Positions 30,731 through 40,480 of a DNA stretch of 64,000 nt are shown in pieces. The notes under the pieces were generated by a model. The model did no database searches. It was given only the letters and a program-made list of their open reading frames with translations, and was not told the origin of the DNA. The DNA lies in contig JBJTLX010000212.1 in the NCBI GenBank assembly GCA_046063245.1, positions 389 to 64,388 of the forward strand. Reading direction: 5' to 3'. The stretch's first letter is position 1; each line of letters starts with the position of its first letter. Both the position numbers and the translations under genes were made by a program. This stretch comes from Novosphingobium sp. GTDB taxonomy: Bacteria > Pseudomonadota > Alphaproteobacteria > Sphingomonadales > Sphingomonadaceae.

Positions 30731-33700
30731 ATGCGCCGATCATTGCTTGCCACCACCGCCGTTCTTGCCCTGGCATCGCCAGCAACGGCCGAAACCGTGA
30801 TCACGGCCAAGCGGACCACATCGGTCAACACCTCGACTGCCAACAATGGCGCGGCTGACTCGGTCCGCATTGGCAGCGCCGGCTCGATCGAGATCACGTC
30901 CGGCACGGCCATCACTGTCGACAGCAACAATGCTGCGACCGTTGAGGGTAAAATCGTTGTCTCCAACGCGCCCGGCGGCGCGGGCATAGTCGTCAACGCA
31001 GGGACCAGTGGCGATATCGTTGTGGCCGCGACCGGATCGATCACCGTGGATGAACCCTATACCACAACCGATGCCGACAACGACGGCGATCTGGACGGTC
31101 CATTCGCGGTGGGCGCCAATCGCTATGGCATCCGCACCCTTGGTGCCCATACCGGCAAGGTGACGCAAAGCGGAACGATCCTGGTCGAGGGTAACGATTC
31201 TGAAGGTGTCTGGCTGGGCGGCCCCCTGACCGGCAACTTTACGCATGACGGCAAAACGACCGTTATTGGTGATCGTGCGGTCGGCATTCGCGCCGACGCG
31301 ATCAGCGGTTCGGTGCGGCTTGCGGGTCAGGTCAGCGCGATTGGCGTTGGTGCGGTCGGCGCGCGCTTTACCGGTGATGTCTCTGGGGCAATGGTGGTTC
31401 AGGGCGCGATCACCAGCACAGGCTATCGCTACACCACAGTCCCGGCTGACCCTTCGAAGCTTGACTCAGATGATTTGCTGCAGGGCGGTTCCGCCTTGAT
31501 GATCGAGGGCAACATCGCCGGCGGGATAATCCTGGCCATCCCGCCCCGCGATGCCAGCTCGACCGATAACGACGAAGATCGCGACGGGATCGAGGACAGC
31601 AAGGAAGGGTCGGCATCTGTCGTTACCTACGGTGCAGCCCCGGCGATGGTCGTGGGCGCAACCGACCATGCCGTTGCGATCGGTCCGCTTGCCGGAACCG
31701 GAACAGGCTTTGGTTTGCAGATCGATGGAACTGTGTCCGGCAGTGGTCTCTATTCCGGCGTTGTTGGCAATGGTTTGGCTATTGGCGGCCGCGGTGGTGC
31801 AGTCACGATTGCTGGCGGAATCGGCATCTCCGGCACAGTAAGCGCCACGTCAAATGGTGCCAGTGCGACTGCTGTCCGGATCGGCAACGGTGCCAGCGTT
31901 CCCGAAGTGCGCAACTCCGGTACGGTCAGTGCGAGCGGCGGGGGCACCGCAACGTCGGTTTCGTCAGCAGTGTTGATCGAAGCCGGGGCCAGCGTCGCCA
32001 CGGTTCGCAACAGCGGCGCGATCAAGGCATCGGCTTCGGGCGCTGCAGGCACGGCGGTAGCCATTGCCGATCGCACCGGACAGGTCGCCCTGATCGAGAA
32101 CAGCGGCACGATCAGCGCGACCGGCGCGCAAGCAGATTCCGGCCGGAACATTGCGATAGACCTGTCGGCCAACACGGCAGGTGCAACCATTCGCCAGACC
32201 GCCGTCGCCGCCGGAATCACGGCCCCCAGCATCACCGGCGACGTCCTGCTTGGCAGCGGTGACGACCTGTTCGATATTGCCGACGGATCGGTCACCGGGA
32301 TTGTCACGCTGGGAAGCGGTAATGATCGCCTCACAACAAGTGGCGATGCGACGCTGGGCGGCAAGGTTATGTTCGGCGCGGGCAACGACACGCTGAGCCT
32401 GGCAGGCACATCGGCCGTGACGGCTATTGCCGACTTTGCCGGAGGGGGAACCGATGGCCTGACGATTGCCAATTCGGCCCGCTTTGCCGGAACGCTGGTC
32501 AACGCCGGGCAACTTGCCGTGACAATGACCGGCGGTTCGCTCGAACTCGTCAAACCAACCACGATCGGTTCGCTGAGCACTGCAAGCGGTTCAACGCTGC
32601 TGGTCATTCTCGACAAGGATGCCGGGGAGGGGACTGCAATCACCGTGAATGGCGTCGCGACCATTGCCAGCGGTACGAATATCAAGGTCCAGCTGGCCGA
32701 TGTCGCCAATGCTGAGGGGCGTTATACGTTCCTTACCGCTGGCACCCTTGTCGGCGGGACCGGGCTGGTCACCAACACCGCTCTTGTGCCGTTCATCTAC
32801 AAGGCGGCGTTGGCGACCAATGCGCCCAGCAACCAGCTGGCAATCGACATCGCGCGCAAATCGGTGACCGAGCTTGGCCTAAACCGGTCGGAAAGCGCAG
32901 CGTGGAACGCAGCATACGCCGCTATCGGCGGGGATGCCGAACTGGGCAAGGTGTTCCTCAATACGCGTGATGGTGAGGTTTTCCGCAACAATCTGGATCA
33001 GATGCTGCCCGACCATGCTGGCGGCACCTTCCGGGCAATCAGTCTGGGCGCGCGCAGCATGGGGCGGCAGATCGCCGATCCGGCTGGGCCGATCAAGCTG
33101 GATGGAAACCTGCAGGCCAACCTCGGCCTGAGTGTGTGGGGAACGACCAAGGACAAATCGGATTCGATCGCCTATGACATCAAGGGCATGGGCGGGCTGG
33201 CCGGCGCGGAATACAAGACTGGTCTTGGCTATATTGGCGCCGACCTGACGTGGTTGTGGAGCCAGACCTACAACGGCCTGGGCGTCGACAACTTGGTCAA
33301 GTCGAACACCTATATGGTTGGCGCGCACTGGCGGGTGAAGTCTGGCGGGTTTCAGGCCTTTGCCCGGGGCGGCGTCGGCATTGTCCGCTTCGACAGCGAG
33401 CGCGCCTTTGCGGGCGCCACCGCGACCAGCCAGGTTCGCCGCACGACCAGCAGCAAGTGGAACGGGACCTTGACGACGTTCGGCGCAGGGGCCTCGATCG
33501 AAGGGGGCGGGCGCTACTTCTATTTCCGTCCATCGGTTGGCATCGACTATGTCCGCCTGAGTGAGGATGGCCACACCGAAACCGGCGGCGGGACGGGCCT
33601 GAACCTGACCATCGACAAGCGTTCGGGAAGCGAACTCGCTGCCGAAGGCGGCCTTGTTCTGGGGATCGATTTCACCGGGACAGGCCAGGGCGACGGTAAC

Positions 33701-33949
33701 TGGATCCGGGTTGAAACCGAAGGCGGCCGGCGCGAAATCCTCAATCGCAAACTGGCTGCAACGACAGCAAGGTTCGGTTCCGGCACGTCCTTCACCTTGC
33801 TGCCTGAGCAAAGCGCAAATGGCTGGTATGGCCGTCTGCGCGCGCTTGGCGGAACCAGCGATTACCAGTTTGGCGGCGAAGTTGGTGCCGAAGACGCCAA
33901 CGGGCAAACTGCCTATTCGATCCGCGGCACGCTCCGCATTCAGTTCTGA
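30731..33949 (+). CDS. Autotransporter-like outer-membrane protein
   Basis: Signal peptide; Gly/Thr/Ala-rich passenger (NSGTI repeats); acidic DxDxDG loops; C-terminal barrel ending in F. Confidence 0.85.
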   Translation: MRRSLLATTAVLALASPATAETVITAKRTTSVNTSTANNGAADSVRIGSAGSIEITSGTAITVDSNNAATVEGKIVVSNAPGGAGIVVNAGTSGDIVVAATGSITVDEPYTTTDADNDGDLDGPFAVGANRYGIRTLGAHTGKVTQSGTILVEGNDSEGVWLGGPLTGNFTHDGKTTVIGDRAVGIRADAISGSVRLAGQVSAIGVGAVGARFTGDVSGAMVVQGAITSTGYRYTTVPADPSKLDSDDLLQGGSALMIEGNIAGGIILAIPPRDASSTDNDEDRDGIEDSKEGSASVVTYGAAPAMVVGATDHAVAIGPLAGTGTGFGLQIDGTVSGSGLYSGVVGNGLAIGGRGGAVTIAGGIGISGTVSATSNGASATAVRIGNGASVPEVRNSGTVSASGGGTATSVSSAVLIEAGASVATVRNSGAIKASASGAAGTAVAIADRTGQVALIENSGTISATGAQADSGRNIAIDLSANTAGATIRQTAVAAGITAPSITGDVLLGSGDDLFDIADGSVTGIVTLGSGNDRLTTSGDATLGGKVMFGAGNDTLSLAGTSAVTAIADFAGGGTDGLTIANSARFAGTLVNAGQLAVTMTGGSLELVKPTTIGSLSTASGSTLLVILDKDAGEGTAITVNGVATIASGTNIKVQLADVANAEGRYTFLTAGTLVGGTGLVTNTALVPFIYKAALATNAPSNQLAIDIARKSVTELGLNRSESAAWNAAYAAIGGDAELGKVFLNTRDGEVFRNNLDQMLPDHAGGTFRAISLGARSMGRQIADPAGPIKLDGNLQANLGLSVWGTTKDKSDSIAYDIKGMGGLAGAEYKTGLGYIGADLTWLWSQTYNGLGVDNLVKSNTYMVGAHWRVKSGGFQAFARGGVGIVRFDSERAFAGATATSQVRRTTSSKWNGTLTTFGAGASIEGGGRYFYFRPSVGIDYVRLSEDGHTETGGGTGLNLTIDKRSGSELAAEGGLVLGIDFTGTGQGDGNWIRVETEGGRREILNRKLAATTARFGSGTSFTLLPEQSANGWYGRLRALGGTSDYQFGGEVGAEDANGQTAYSIRGTLRIQF

Positions 33950-34092
33950 GTCCCCGGAAGAGGCCCAGCAAACCCCCCGCAAAGGGCCCCTTCAACCACT
34001 CCGCGTCCTTGCCGTCATGGCGAGGGCGCGGAGTGGCCAATCGACGGCTTGCGATCGCAAAAGGGTCGCGTTGAACGATGATGGCCGCGGAT

Positions 34093-34212
34093 GGCTCTGT
34101 CTGAGTAACCGGGCACCTGCCAGCGGCATGTGATGCCCCGCAAATCCCGAGCTTTGCTGCCTAGCCCATTTCGCCGATTCAACTCCTCACCACAGGTCAT
34201 CCGCCTGGTGGT
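34093..34212 (+). mobile_element. IS6-family left-end remnant (IR plus first ~27 transposase codons)
   Basis: ggctctgtctgag IR; ATG 34133 gives MPRKSRALLPSPFRRFNSSPQVIRLVV. Confidence 0.75.
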
Positions 34213-37200
34213 CAGGTGGTTTGTGTAGTTCCCGCAGTCTCGCCGCGCCAGCGTGCGAGGTAGGGGGAAAGCGCGCGGGCTGCGCCGCTTTCGATCCGCT
34301 CTTCGACGACGGCGAAAAGTGCGGCAATCTCTTCAGCGGCGGCCGAGCCTTCGGTCAGCGCCAGGGCCCGGGCCAGCGCGCACATCGCCAGGGCGCCAAA
34401 ATGGGCTGTGCCCGCCTTCTCGCAATCGTCGACCGCCTGCCGCGCGATCGCGGCGGCACGCTCAGCCTGGCCGGCCGCGATCAGCGCCATCGCCAGCTGC
34501 GCGCGCGCGCCGCCGGTCCAATGCTTTTCCGAGGTCTGGGCAAAGACGATTGCCGCCTCGGCTTCCGGGATGGCCTGCTCGGGCTGGCCAAGCACGCCAT
34601 AGGCCATGGCGAAGCACAGGTGACGGTACATCTCGAGCAGAGGTGAGCCGAGCTTCTCGCTGATTTCCGCCACCGCCCGGGCGTGGGCCAGCGCGCCTTC
34701 GCCGTCCCCCAGCCAGGTGTGGACCTGGGTCAGGCCATAGCCGCACCAGCCCACCACTTCCGGGGTATCGTCCTCAATCGCCTTCAGCCGGGCCGCTTCC
34801 AGCCGCGCGCGCGCCTCTTCGTGGCGGCCCAGCCAGGTGAGATTCACCCCCCCGATAAAGGCGAAGAAGGTGTGCGGGTTATTGCCGCTGATCCAATATC
34901 CGCGCTGCAGGTCCGGTGGCCATGCCGTCATCGCCTTGTCGGCTTCTTCCAGCCCCAGCACGTTACGGGCCGAATGCGCCAGACTGTCGCAATAGAGCAG
35001 CGCAGCGAGCGGGCGCAGGTGCGGCACGTCCTGCGTAAAGGCCGCGGTGTAATTGGCCTGTGCCTGGCGGAAATATTCCTCGGCATCCCCGGCCGCGCAT
35101 ACCGCGCGTGAGTAGCACAAGGCCAGGGTCAGACGCAGCGCTTCGTCCCCGATCTGCGCGGCCAGCGCATCCCCCTCTTCGAGCACGGCTTGGGCGTCCT
35201 CGATCCCCGATCCGACCCGGTAGTTGAAGTTCAGCAGGTTGATATAGGCATTGAAGATCAGCTCGTAATGCTCTGGCGCGGTCAGGTTGCCGCGGGCCAG
35301 TTCGCGGACCTTGTGCCAATGCCAGGTGCAGGTCGGAAAGTCGGTGCGCACGACCTGCATCGCCGCCTGCCGGTGAAGTTTCGCGGCCATGATTGGTTCG
35401 CCCGCTTCCTCCCAGTGGGCGGCCAGAATTCCGGCCAGTTCGTCGAGCCGGCCGGGCTCAGCCTGCTCTAGCGCCTCGGCAACGCGGCGGTGCAGCTTGC
35501 GCCGGTCGGCCCGAACCAGGCTGGTCTGGGCCATTTCCAGGGTCAGCGGGTGCTTGAAGGCATATTCGAGCACCGGGAAGGCTGCCTGTTCGACGATGAA
35601 CTCGTTGCGGCGCAGCAGTGCAAGGATCTGCGCCAGATCGCTGGCCGGGACCTGCGCGGTTTGGGCGAGCAACGGTTCGGGAAAGGTCATGCCGATCACC
35701 GCCGCCGCCTGCAGAACGGCGCGCGCTTCGGGAGGGAGGCGGTCGATACGCGCGGCGACCACCGCCTTGACCGTCGGTGGCACTTCGAGCCGTTCGAACG
35801 CACCGGCCAGCCGATAGGCGCCGCGCTCGCCAGTGATGGTGCCGGTCTCGGCCAGGGTCTGGACGATTTCCTCGACGAAATAGGGATTGCCCTTGGTCAG
35901 CGTCGCGATCGGCGCGGCAAGCCCGCCCAGGCTCGGATCATCGCCCAGCAGGTCTCCCAGCAAGCCGCCGATATCGACCTCGCCCAATGGCGCCAGCGAG
36001 ATCTGGCGGCAGTTGCTGTTCTGCATCCAGGTCGCCCGGAACTCGGGTCGGTAGTTGAGCAGCATCAGATTGCGCAACCCGTCGCGCCCTTCGACCAGCT
36101 GCTCAAGCACACGGGCGCTGGCATCGTCGATCCAGTGCAGGTCTTCGACCACCATCACGCTGGGCCGTGTGGCGCTATCGAGCCGGATCAGATGGCGCAG
36201 CAGGCCGACCAGCTGGCGCAACCGTGCTTCGGGATCGAGCGCGACCGCTGGAGCCGCGGGATCGGGGTAACCGGCCAGGTCGCAGACCAGCGGGACCGTA
36301 TCGCGCATCCGCGGATCGAGCGTCGTGACCCGCGCGGCGATCCTGGCCCGCGCGTCTGCGGGATCGTCCTGGCCCTCGATCGCGAAAAAGCTGCGCAGCA
36401 CCTCGATGATCGCGCGTAGCGGGGAGTTCTGGCTCTGCTGTGCGGCGGAACCGGAATAGACCGGGATATCGTGACGGCGGCACAGTTCTGAGAACTCGAA
36501 GAACAAACGGCTCTTGCCGGTTCCGGCTTCGGCCATCACGCCGATCACCTGCCCGGCGCCCTGGTTCGAGCGTTCGAGCCCGTCCATCAGCTGCTCGAAT
36601 TCTTCCTCGCGCCCGACGAAGCGGCTGAGGCCGCGGGCGCGGGACAGTTCGAAGCGGGTGTGGGTGGCGGATTCGCCAATGACCCGGAAGGCCCGCGGCC
36701 CGGCCCGCTCGAGTTCGAGAAACCCGCCGGCGATGGTCGCGACCGCGCTGCCGATCAGGATCGATCCAGGGGCGGCCAGCATCTGGAACTGGGCCGCGCC
36801 GTCGAGCGCGAGCCCCGCAGGAATCGAACCGGACGGCCCGGCGACGACCGAACCGCTGTCGATCCCGCAGCGCACCCGCGCACTGGCATCGCCGGGCAAG
36901 ACTAAGGCGCCAATTTTGGCGACCACTTCCAAAGCGGCCTGAACCGCGTTCAGCGCGTCGTGCTCGCTGATGCGTTCATAGCCGAACAGCACCGTCGCCC
37001 CGGTTCCCGAACCCAGGACTGTGGCATCGAACGGCGCGGCGGCGGCATGGGCGGCGACCTGGACTTTGCGGACCGCGGCCTCCCAGTCTTCAGGATCGGG
37101 CGGCTCGCTGTCACCTTCGAGTGCCAGCGCGGCGTTGAGAACAGTGACCTGGCGGCGTTCGCTGCCGACGCGCCCCACAGGCTTTGGCGCTGCGGCGGTG

Positions 37201-37622
37201 TTTGCGCTCCCTCCGGACCGGCGCCGCTCGAGGTGATTCCTGATGTCTGCGACCAGGGCATTCCAGGCTGGTGCGCTGCGATCGCCGGTCCATTCGACCA
37301 GGTCGGCGCTTTGTATCAGCTCGAACATGACGGGCCGCGTGCAGGCTTCGATCATGACCGGAACCAGGGACCCGTTGCGCTGCGCGACCGCGGCTTCGGA
37401 GCGGACCCAGCGCGAATTGACCGAGCGCTGCGACCACAGCACCACCACCGCCTCGGCATCGTTGAGCGCATTTTCGGTGACAGTATCCCACGCCTGGCCG
37501 GTGCGCAGGGTGACGTCCCACCAGACATCGAAGCCTTCAGCCTTCAGCCCGTCCGCGAACAGGCGCGCATGCTCCTGGTCCTGGCGGTTGTACGAGATGA
37601 ACACTTCCGGCACGCGCGCCAC
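34212..37622 (-). CDS. TIR + degenerate adenylate/guanylate cyclase + AAA/STAND ATPase + TPR-like protein
   Basis: VFISY...WWD...SRWVRSEA TIR; ERRQVTVL cyclase-like domain; FVGREEE, AEAGTGKSR, VVEDLHW, GNPYFVEE and YAFKH motifs; helical C-terminus. Confidence 0.88.
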   Translation of the reverse strand: MARVPEVFISYNRQDQEHARLFADGLKAEGFDVWWDVTLRTGQAWDTVTENALNDAEAVVVLWSQRSVNSRWVRSEAAVAQRNGSLVPVMIEACTRPVMFELIQSADLVEWTGDRSAPAWNALVADIRNHLERRRSGGSANTAAAPKPVGRVGSERRQVTVLNAALALEGDSEPPDPEDWEAAVRKVQVAAHAAAAPFDATVLGSGTGATVLFGYERISEHDALNAVQAALEVVAKIGALVLPGDASARVRCGIDSGSVVAGPSGSIPAGLALDGAAQFQMLAAPGSILIGSAVATIAGGFLELERAGPRAFRVIGESATHTRFELSRARGLSRFVGREEEFEQLMDGLERSNQGAGQVIGVMAEAGTGKSRLFFEFSELCRRHDIPVYSGSAAQQSQNSPLRAIIEVLRSFFAIEGQDDPADARARIAARVTTLDPRMRDTVPLVCDLAGYPDPAAPAVALDPEARLRQLVGLLRHLIRLDSATRPSVMVVEDLHWIDDASARVLEQLVEGRDGLRNLMLLNYRPEFRATWMQNSNCRQISLAPLGEVDIGGLLGDLLGDDPSLGGLAAPIATLTKGNPYFVEEIVQTLAETGTITGERGAYRLAGAFERLEVPPTVKAVVAARIDRLPPEARAVLQAAAVIGMTFPEPLLAQTAQVPASDLAQILALLRRNEFIVEQAAFPVLEYAFKHPLTLEMAQTSLVRADRRKLHRRVAEALEQAEPGRLDELAGILAAHWEEAGEPIMAAKLHRQAAMQVVRTDFPTCTWHWHKVRELARGNLTAPEHYELIFNAYINLLNFNYRVGSGIEDAQAVLEEGDALAAQIGDEALRLTLALCYSRAVCAAGDAEEYFRQAQANYTAAFTQDVPHLRPLAALLYCDSLAHSARNVLGLEEADKAMTAWPPDLQRGYWISGNNPHTFFAFIGGVNLTWLGRHEEARARLEAARLKAIEDDTPEVVGWCGYGLTQVHTWLGDGEGALAHARAVAEISEKLGSPLLEMYRHLCFAMAYGVLGQPEQAIPEAEAAIVFAQTSEKHWTGGARAQLAMALIAAGQAERAAAIARQAVDDCEKAGTAHFGALAMCALARALALTEGSAAAEEIAALFAVVEERIESGAARALSPYLARWRGETAGTTQTT

Positions 37623-37684
37623 CCCTTCGCCTGCGCAACCTCACGCCGTGTCGCGCGGCCGGCCTAATCCGCGCCCTGGCTAAG

Positions 37685-37704
37685 CGGCAATACTTGCATT
37701 GCCG
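37685..37704. promoter_or_regulatory. Palindrome in the divergent promoter region
   Basis: CGGCAAT-acttgc-ATTGCCG, perfect 7-bp arms. Confidence 0.4.
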
Positions 37705-37814
37705 GACGTTATGCGCAAACCTTTGTTAAAGCAAAAAGCGCTGGCTTGGTCGCACGGCACTTTCACTCCGCGCTGCACCCTTGGGGATGGGGGCGGTTGC
37801 GGAAAGGGGGAAGC

Positions 37815-39488
37815 ATGACGACCAGAACTGTTTCGATCTTCGGAGGCGGCGTGGCCGGCCTAAGCGCGGCGCACGAACTGGCCGAGCGCAGCGGAGCGGG
37901 TGTCGATTTCAAAATCCATGTTTACGAGCGGCGCCCCGAGCAGCTGGGCGGCAAGGCCCGCTCGATCTGGGTACCGCATTCCGCCAAAGATGGGCGTGAT
38001 CCGCTTCCAGGAGAGCACGGATTCCGCTTCTTTCCCGGCTTCTACAAGCATCTGCCCGACACGATGGAGCGGATTCCGACAGCGCACGGATCGGTGTTCG
38101 ATAATCTTGTGGTCGCCGACCGGCTCGAGGTCGCCCGGTTCGATGCCCCACCGATCGTCATTTCGGCCCGTTTCCCCAAGACGCTTTCGGATCTGGTTAC
38201 CGATATCGAGGCGATGTTCAGCAACACCGGCCTGTTGCCGGGCGAGGCGCGGTTCTTTGCCGAGCGGCTGTGGCAGGTGCTGACCAGCTGCCAGGATCGC
38301 CGTCTGGCGGAGTACGAGGGTATCACCTGGTGGAATTTCCTCGATGCCGACAACCATTCGCCGGCTTATCGCAACCTGCTGGTCGATGGCCTGTCCCGCT
38401 CGCTGCTGGCCAATGATCCCTCGCACGCCAGCGTGCGAACTGTGGGCGATACCAACATCCAGCTTATTCTGGGGATGGTTTCGCCGACTCATCCGACCGA
38501 CCGGCTGCTCGACGGGCCGACCACCAAGGTCTGGATCGAACCGTGGCGCGCGCACCTGGAAACGCTGGGCGTGCAGTTTCATCACGATACCGCTGCCTTG
38601 CAGTTCGGTATCGCCGATGGCGTTTGCACAGGGGTTGAGGTCATCAGCGAACAGACCCGATCGCTGATCAGTGCCGATGCCTATGTCTTTGCCCTGCCGG
38701 TAGAGCGCATGGCCAAGGTACTCAGCGCCAGCAAGGGTCGGCCCGACAATCCGCTCGCGGCCGATCCTGCCCTGCCCGGAGTAGTGGCGGTGTCGCAGAA
38801 CGTCCGGTGGATGAACGGGATCCAGTTTTTCCTCTTCAAGGACGTGCCGATTACCCACGGCCACCTGCTGTTCGCCGATACGCCCTGGGCGCTGACCGGG
38901 ATCTCCGAAGCGCAGTTCTGGTCCGACGAGCATCTGCCAGGTTGCGGTGACGGCACCGTCAACGGCCTCCTGTCGGCCTGTATTTCGGAATGGAACGCGC
39001 CAGGGATCCTGTTCGGCAAGACGGCGCTGCAGTGTTCGCGCCAGGAGATTGCCCAGGAGGTCTGGGCGCAGATCAAGGCGTCGGTCAACGTCGGCGGAAC
39101 GGTCCTGCTCGAGGACGACAACGTCCACAGCCATTTCCTCGATCCCGACCTGGTCCAGCATGCCGACGGTACGATCCGACTGAGCGATGCCGAGCCGCTG
39201 TTCGTCAATTTCATCGACAGTTGGGCCCAGCGTCCGCCGGCGGTGCTCCAGACGCGCAACCTGATGCTGGCGTCGGACTATGTCCAGACCTTTACCGATG
39301 TCGCCTGCATGGAGGCCGCAAACGAAGCGGCGCGCCGCGCGGTCAACGGCATCCTCGCCCTGTTCGGTTCGAGCGCCGCGCCCTGCGCGCTGTGGCCGCT
39401 CCACGAACCCGCCGTTTTCGCCCCGTTCCGTTGGCATGACCAGGCGCGGTTCGACCAGGGCCTGCCCTGGGACGGGCACCTGCTGTGA
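37815..39488 (+). CDS. FAD-dependent oxidoreductase, COG3349 / phytoene-desaturase-HpnE-like
   Basis: GGGVAGLSAA, GGKARS, GEHGFRFFPGFY and DYV...CMEAANEAARRAVN motifs. Confidence 0.82.
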   Translation: MTTRTVSIFGGGVAGLSAAHELAERSGAGVDFKIHVYERRPEQLGGKARSIWVPHSAKDGRDPLPGEHGFRFFPGFYKHLPDTMERIPTAHGSVFDNLVVADRLEVARFDAPPIVISARFPKTLSDLVTDIEAMFSNTGLLPGEARFFAERLWQVLTSCQDRRLAEYEGITWWNFLDADNHSPAYRNLLVDGLSRSLLANDPSHASVRTVGDTNIQLILGMVSPTHPTDRLLDGPTTKVWIEPWRAHLETLGVQFHHDTAALQFGIADGVCTGVEVISEQTRSLISADAYVFALPVERMAKVLSASKGRPDNPLAADPALPGVVAVSQNVRWMNGIQFFLFKDVPITHGHLLFADTPWALTGISEAQFWSDEHLPGCGDGTVNGLLSACISEWNAPGILFGKTALQCSRQEIAQEVWAQIKASVNVGGTVLLEDDNVHSHFLDPDLVQHADGTIRLSDAEPLFVNFIDSWAQRPPAVLQTRNLMLASDYVQTFTDVACMEAANEAARRAVNGILALFGSSAAPCALWPLHEPAVFAPFRWHDQARFDQGLPWDGHLL

Positions 39489-39504
39489 CCGAAAGGCAAG
39501 ATCC

Positions 39505-40476
39505 ATGACCCTGCTTTCAGCTTATGTCGATCGCCCGGCCGAAACGGTACAACTCCAGCCATATATCTGCCGAAACACCCAGCTGTATGGATTCTACCTG
39601 CGCGCGGATAAGGCGGTGATCCAGCAGCGGCTGGTCGACCCGATTCTCAATGCGCCGACCGGCGGTGCGCTCGATTACCGCTGCCTGTCCGATCTGGTGC
39701 TGGTGTCCTATGCCAAGGCCGCCCAGTGCACCAGCACCCTGCCGCCGGCGAACCAGATGGGCTGGATGCTCGAAAACAGCTGGACCCTGTGGGTTCCGCT
39801 CCTGCTGGTGAAGCGCGAACTGGGGATCGAGGTGGCCCAGCGCCTGGTGTTCTACCCGGCCTATATCTGCGTCGACAATTCGTGGTCGCTGACCGCTGGC
39901 CGCGAGGTCTATGGCTTCCCCAAGGGCTATGGGCCGGTTGCGGTCCCCGAACCCGGCAGCGATCCAGCCTCGTTTGCGGTCTCCACCATGGTGATTCCCA
40001 AATATGCTCCCAGCTCGGGCGGGCAGGTGCTGCCGCTGATGGAAGTGACCCGGACCGGGGTGACGAGCAAGGGCGCTGAACTTTGGCAGGACCTTGAAGA
40101 TGCGGTCGCCGCGGTCGGGCACATGCTCAGCGGAAGCGGCGGTAAGCTGGTGGTTCCGGGATTCAATCTCCTGCTCGACCTGGTCGGTCTGGCGCGGCAC
40201 GAGGAAGTGCCGGGGGTGTTTCTCAAGCAGTTCCGCGATACTGCTGACGGGACCAAAGCCTGCTACCAGGCGATTGTCGAGGCAGGCTCGTTCGTCCAGA
40301 AATTCAACAGCGGCGGCCTGCTCGATGGGAGCTACCAGGCCATGCTGTACAACTATGACAGCCATCCGCTGGCGGATGACCTCGGCCTGGCTGCTGGTCC
40401 GCATCCGCTGGAATTCCCGTTCCAGGTCAACATGGATTTCACCATCGGCCAGGGCACCGAAGTTTGGAAGGCCTGA
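39505..40476 (+). CDS. Acetoacetate decarboxylase-like (ADC) family protein
   Basis: GREVYGFPKG with the Schiff-base Lys; FLKQFRD...ACYQAIVE; HPLA motif. Confidence 0.8.
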   Translation: MTLLSAYVDRPAETVQLQPYICRNTQLYGFYLRADKAVIQQRLVDPILNAPTGGALDYRCLSDLVLVSYAKAAQCTSTLPPANQMGWMLENSWTLWVPLLLVKRELGIEVAQRLVFYPAYICVDNSWSLTAGREVYGFPKGYGPVAVPEPGSDPASFAVSTMVIPKYAPSSGGQVLPLMEVTRTGVTSKGAELWQDLEDAVAAVGHMLSGSGGKLVVPGFNLLLDLVGLARHEEVPGVFLKQFRDTADGTKACYQAIVEAGSFVQKFNSGGLLDGSYQAMLYNYDSHPLADDLGLAAGPHPLEFPFQVNMDFTIGQGTEVWKA

Positions 40477-40480
40477 CGCG

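Noticed and set aside
30731-32700. Possible tandem DNA repeats or RTX toxin in the autotransporter
   Set aside because: Only degenerate protein-level repeats (NSGTI, GSGDD/GAGND); no exact nucleotide array
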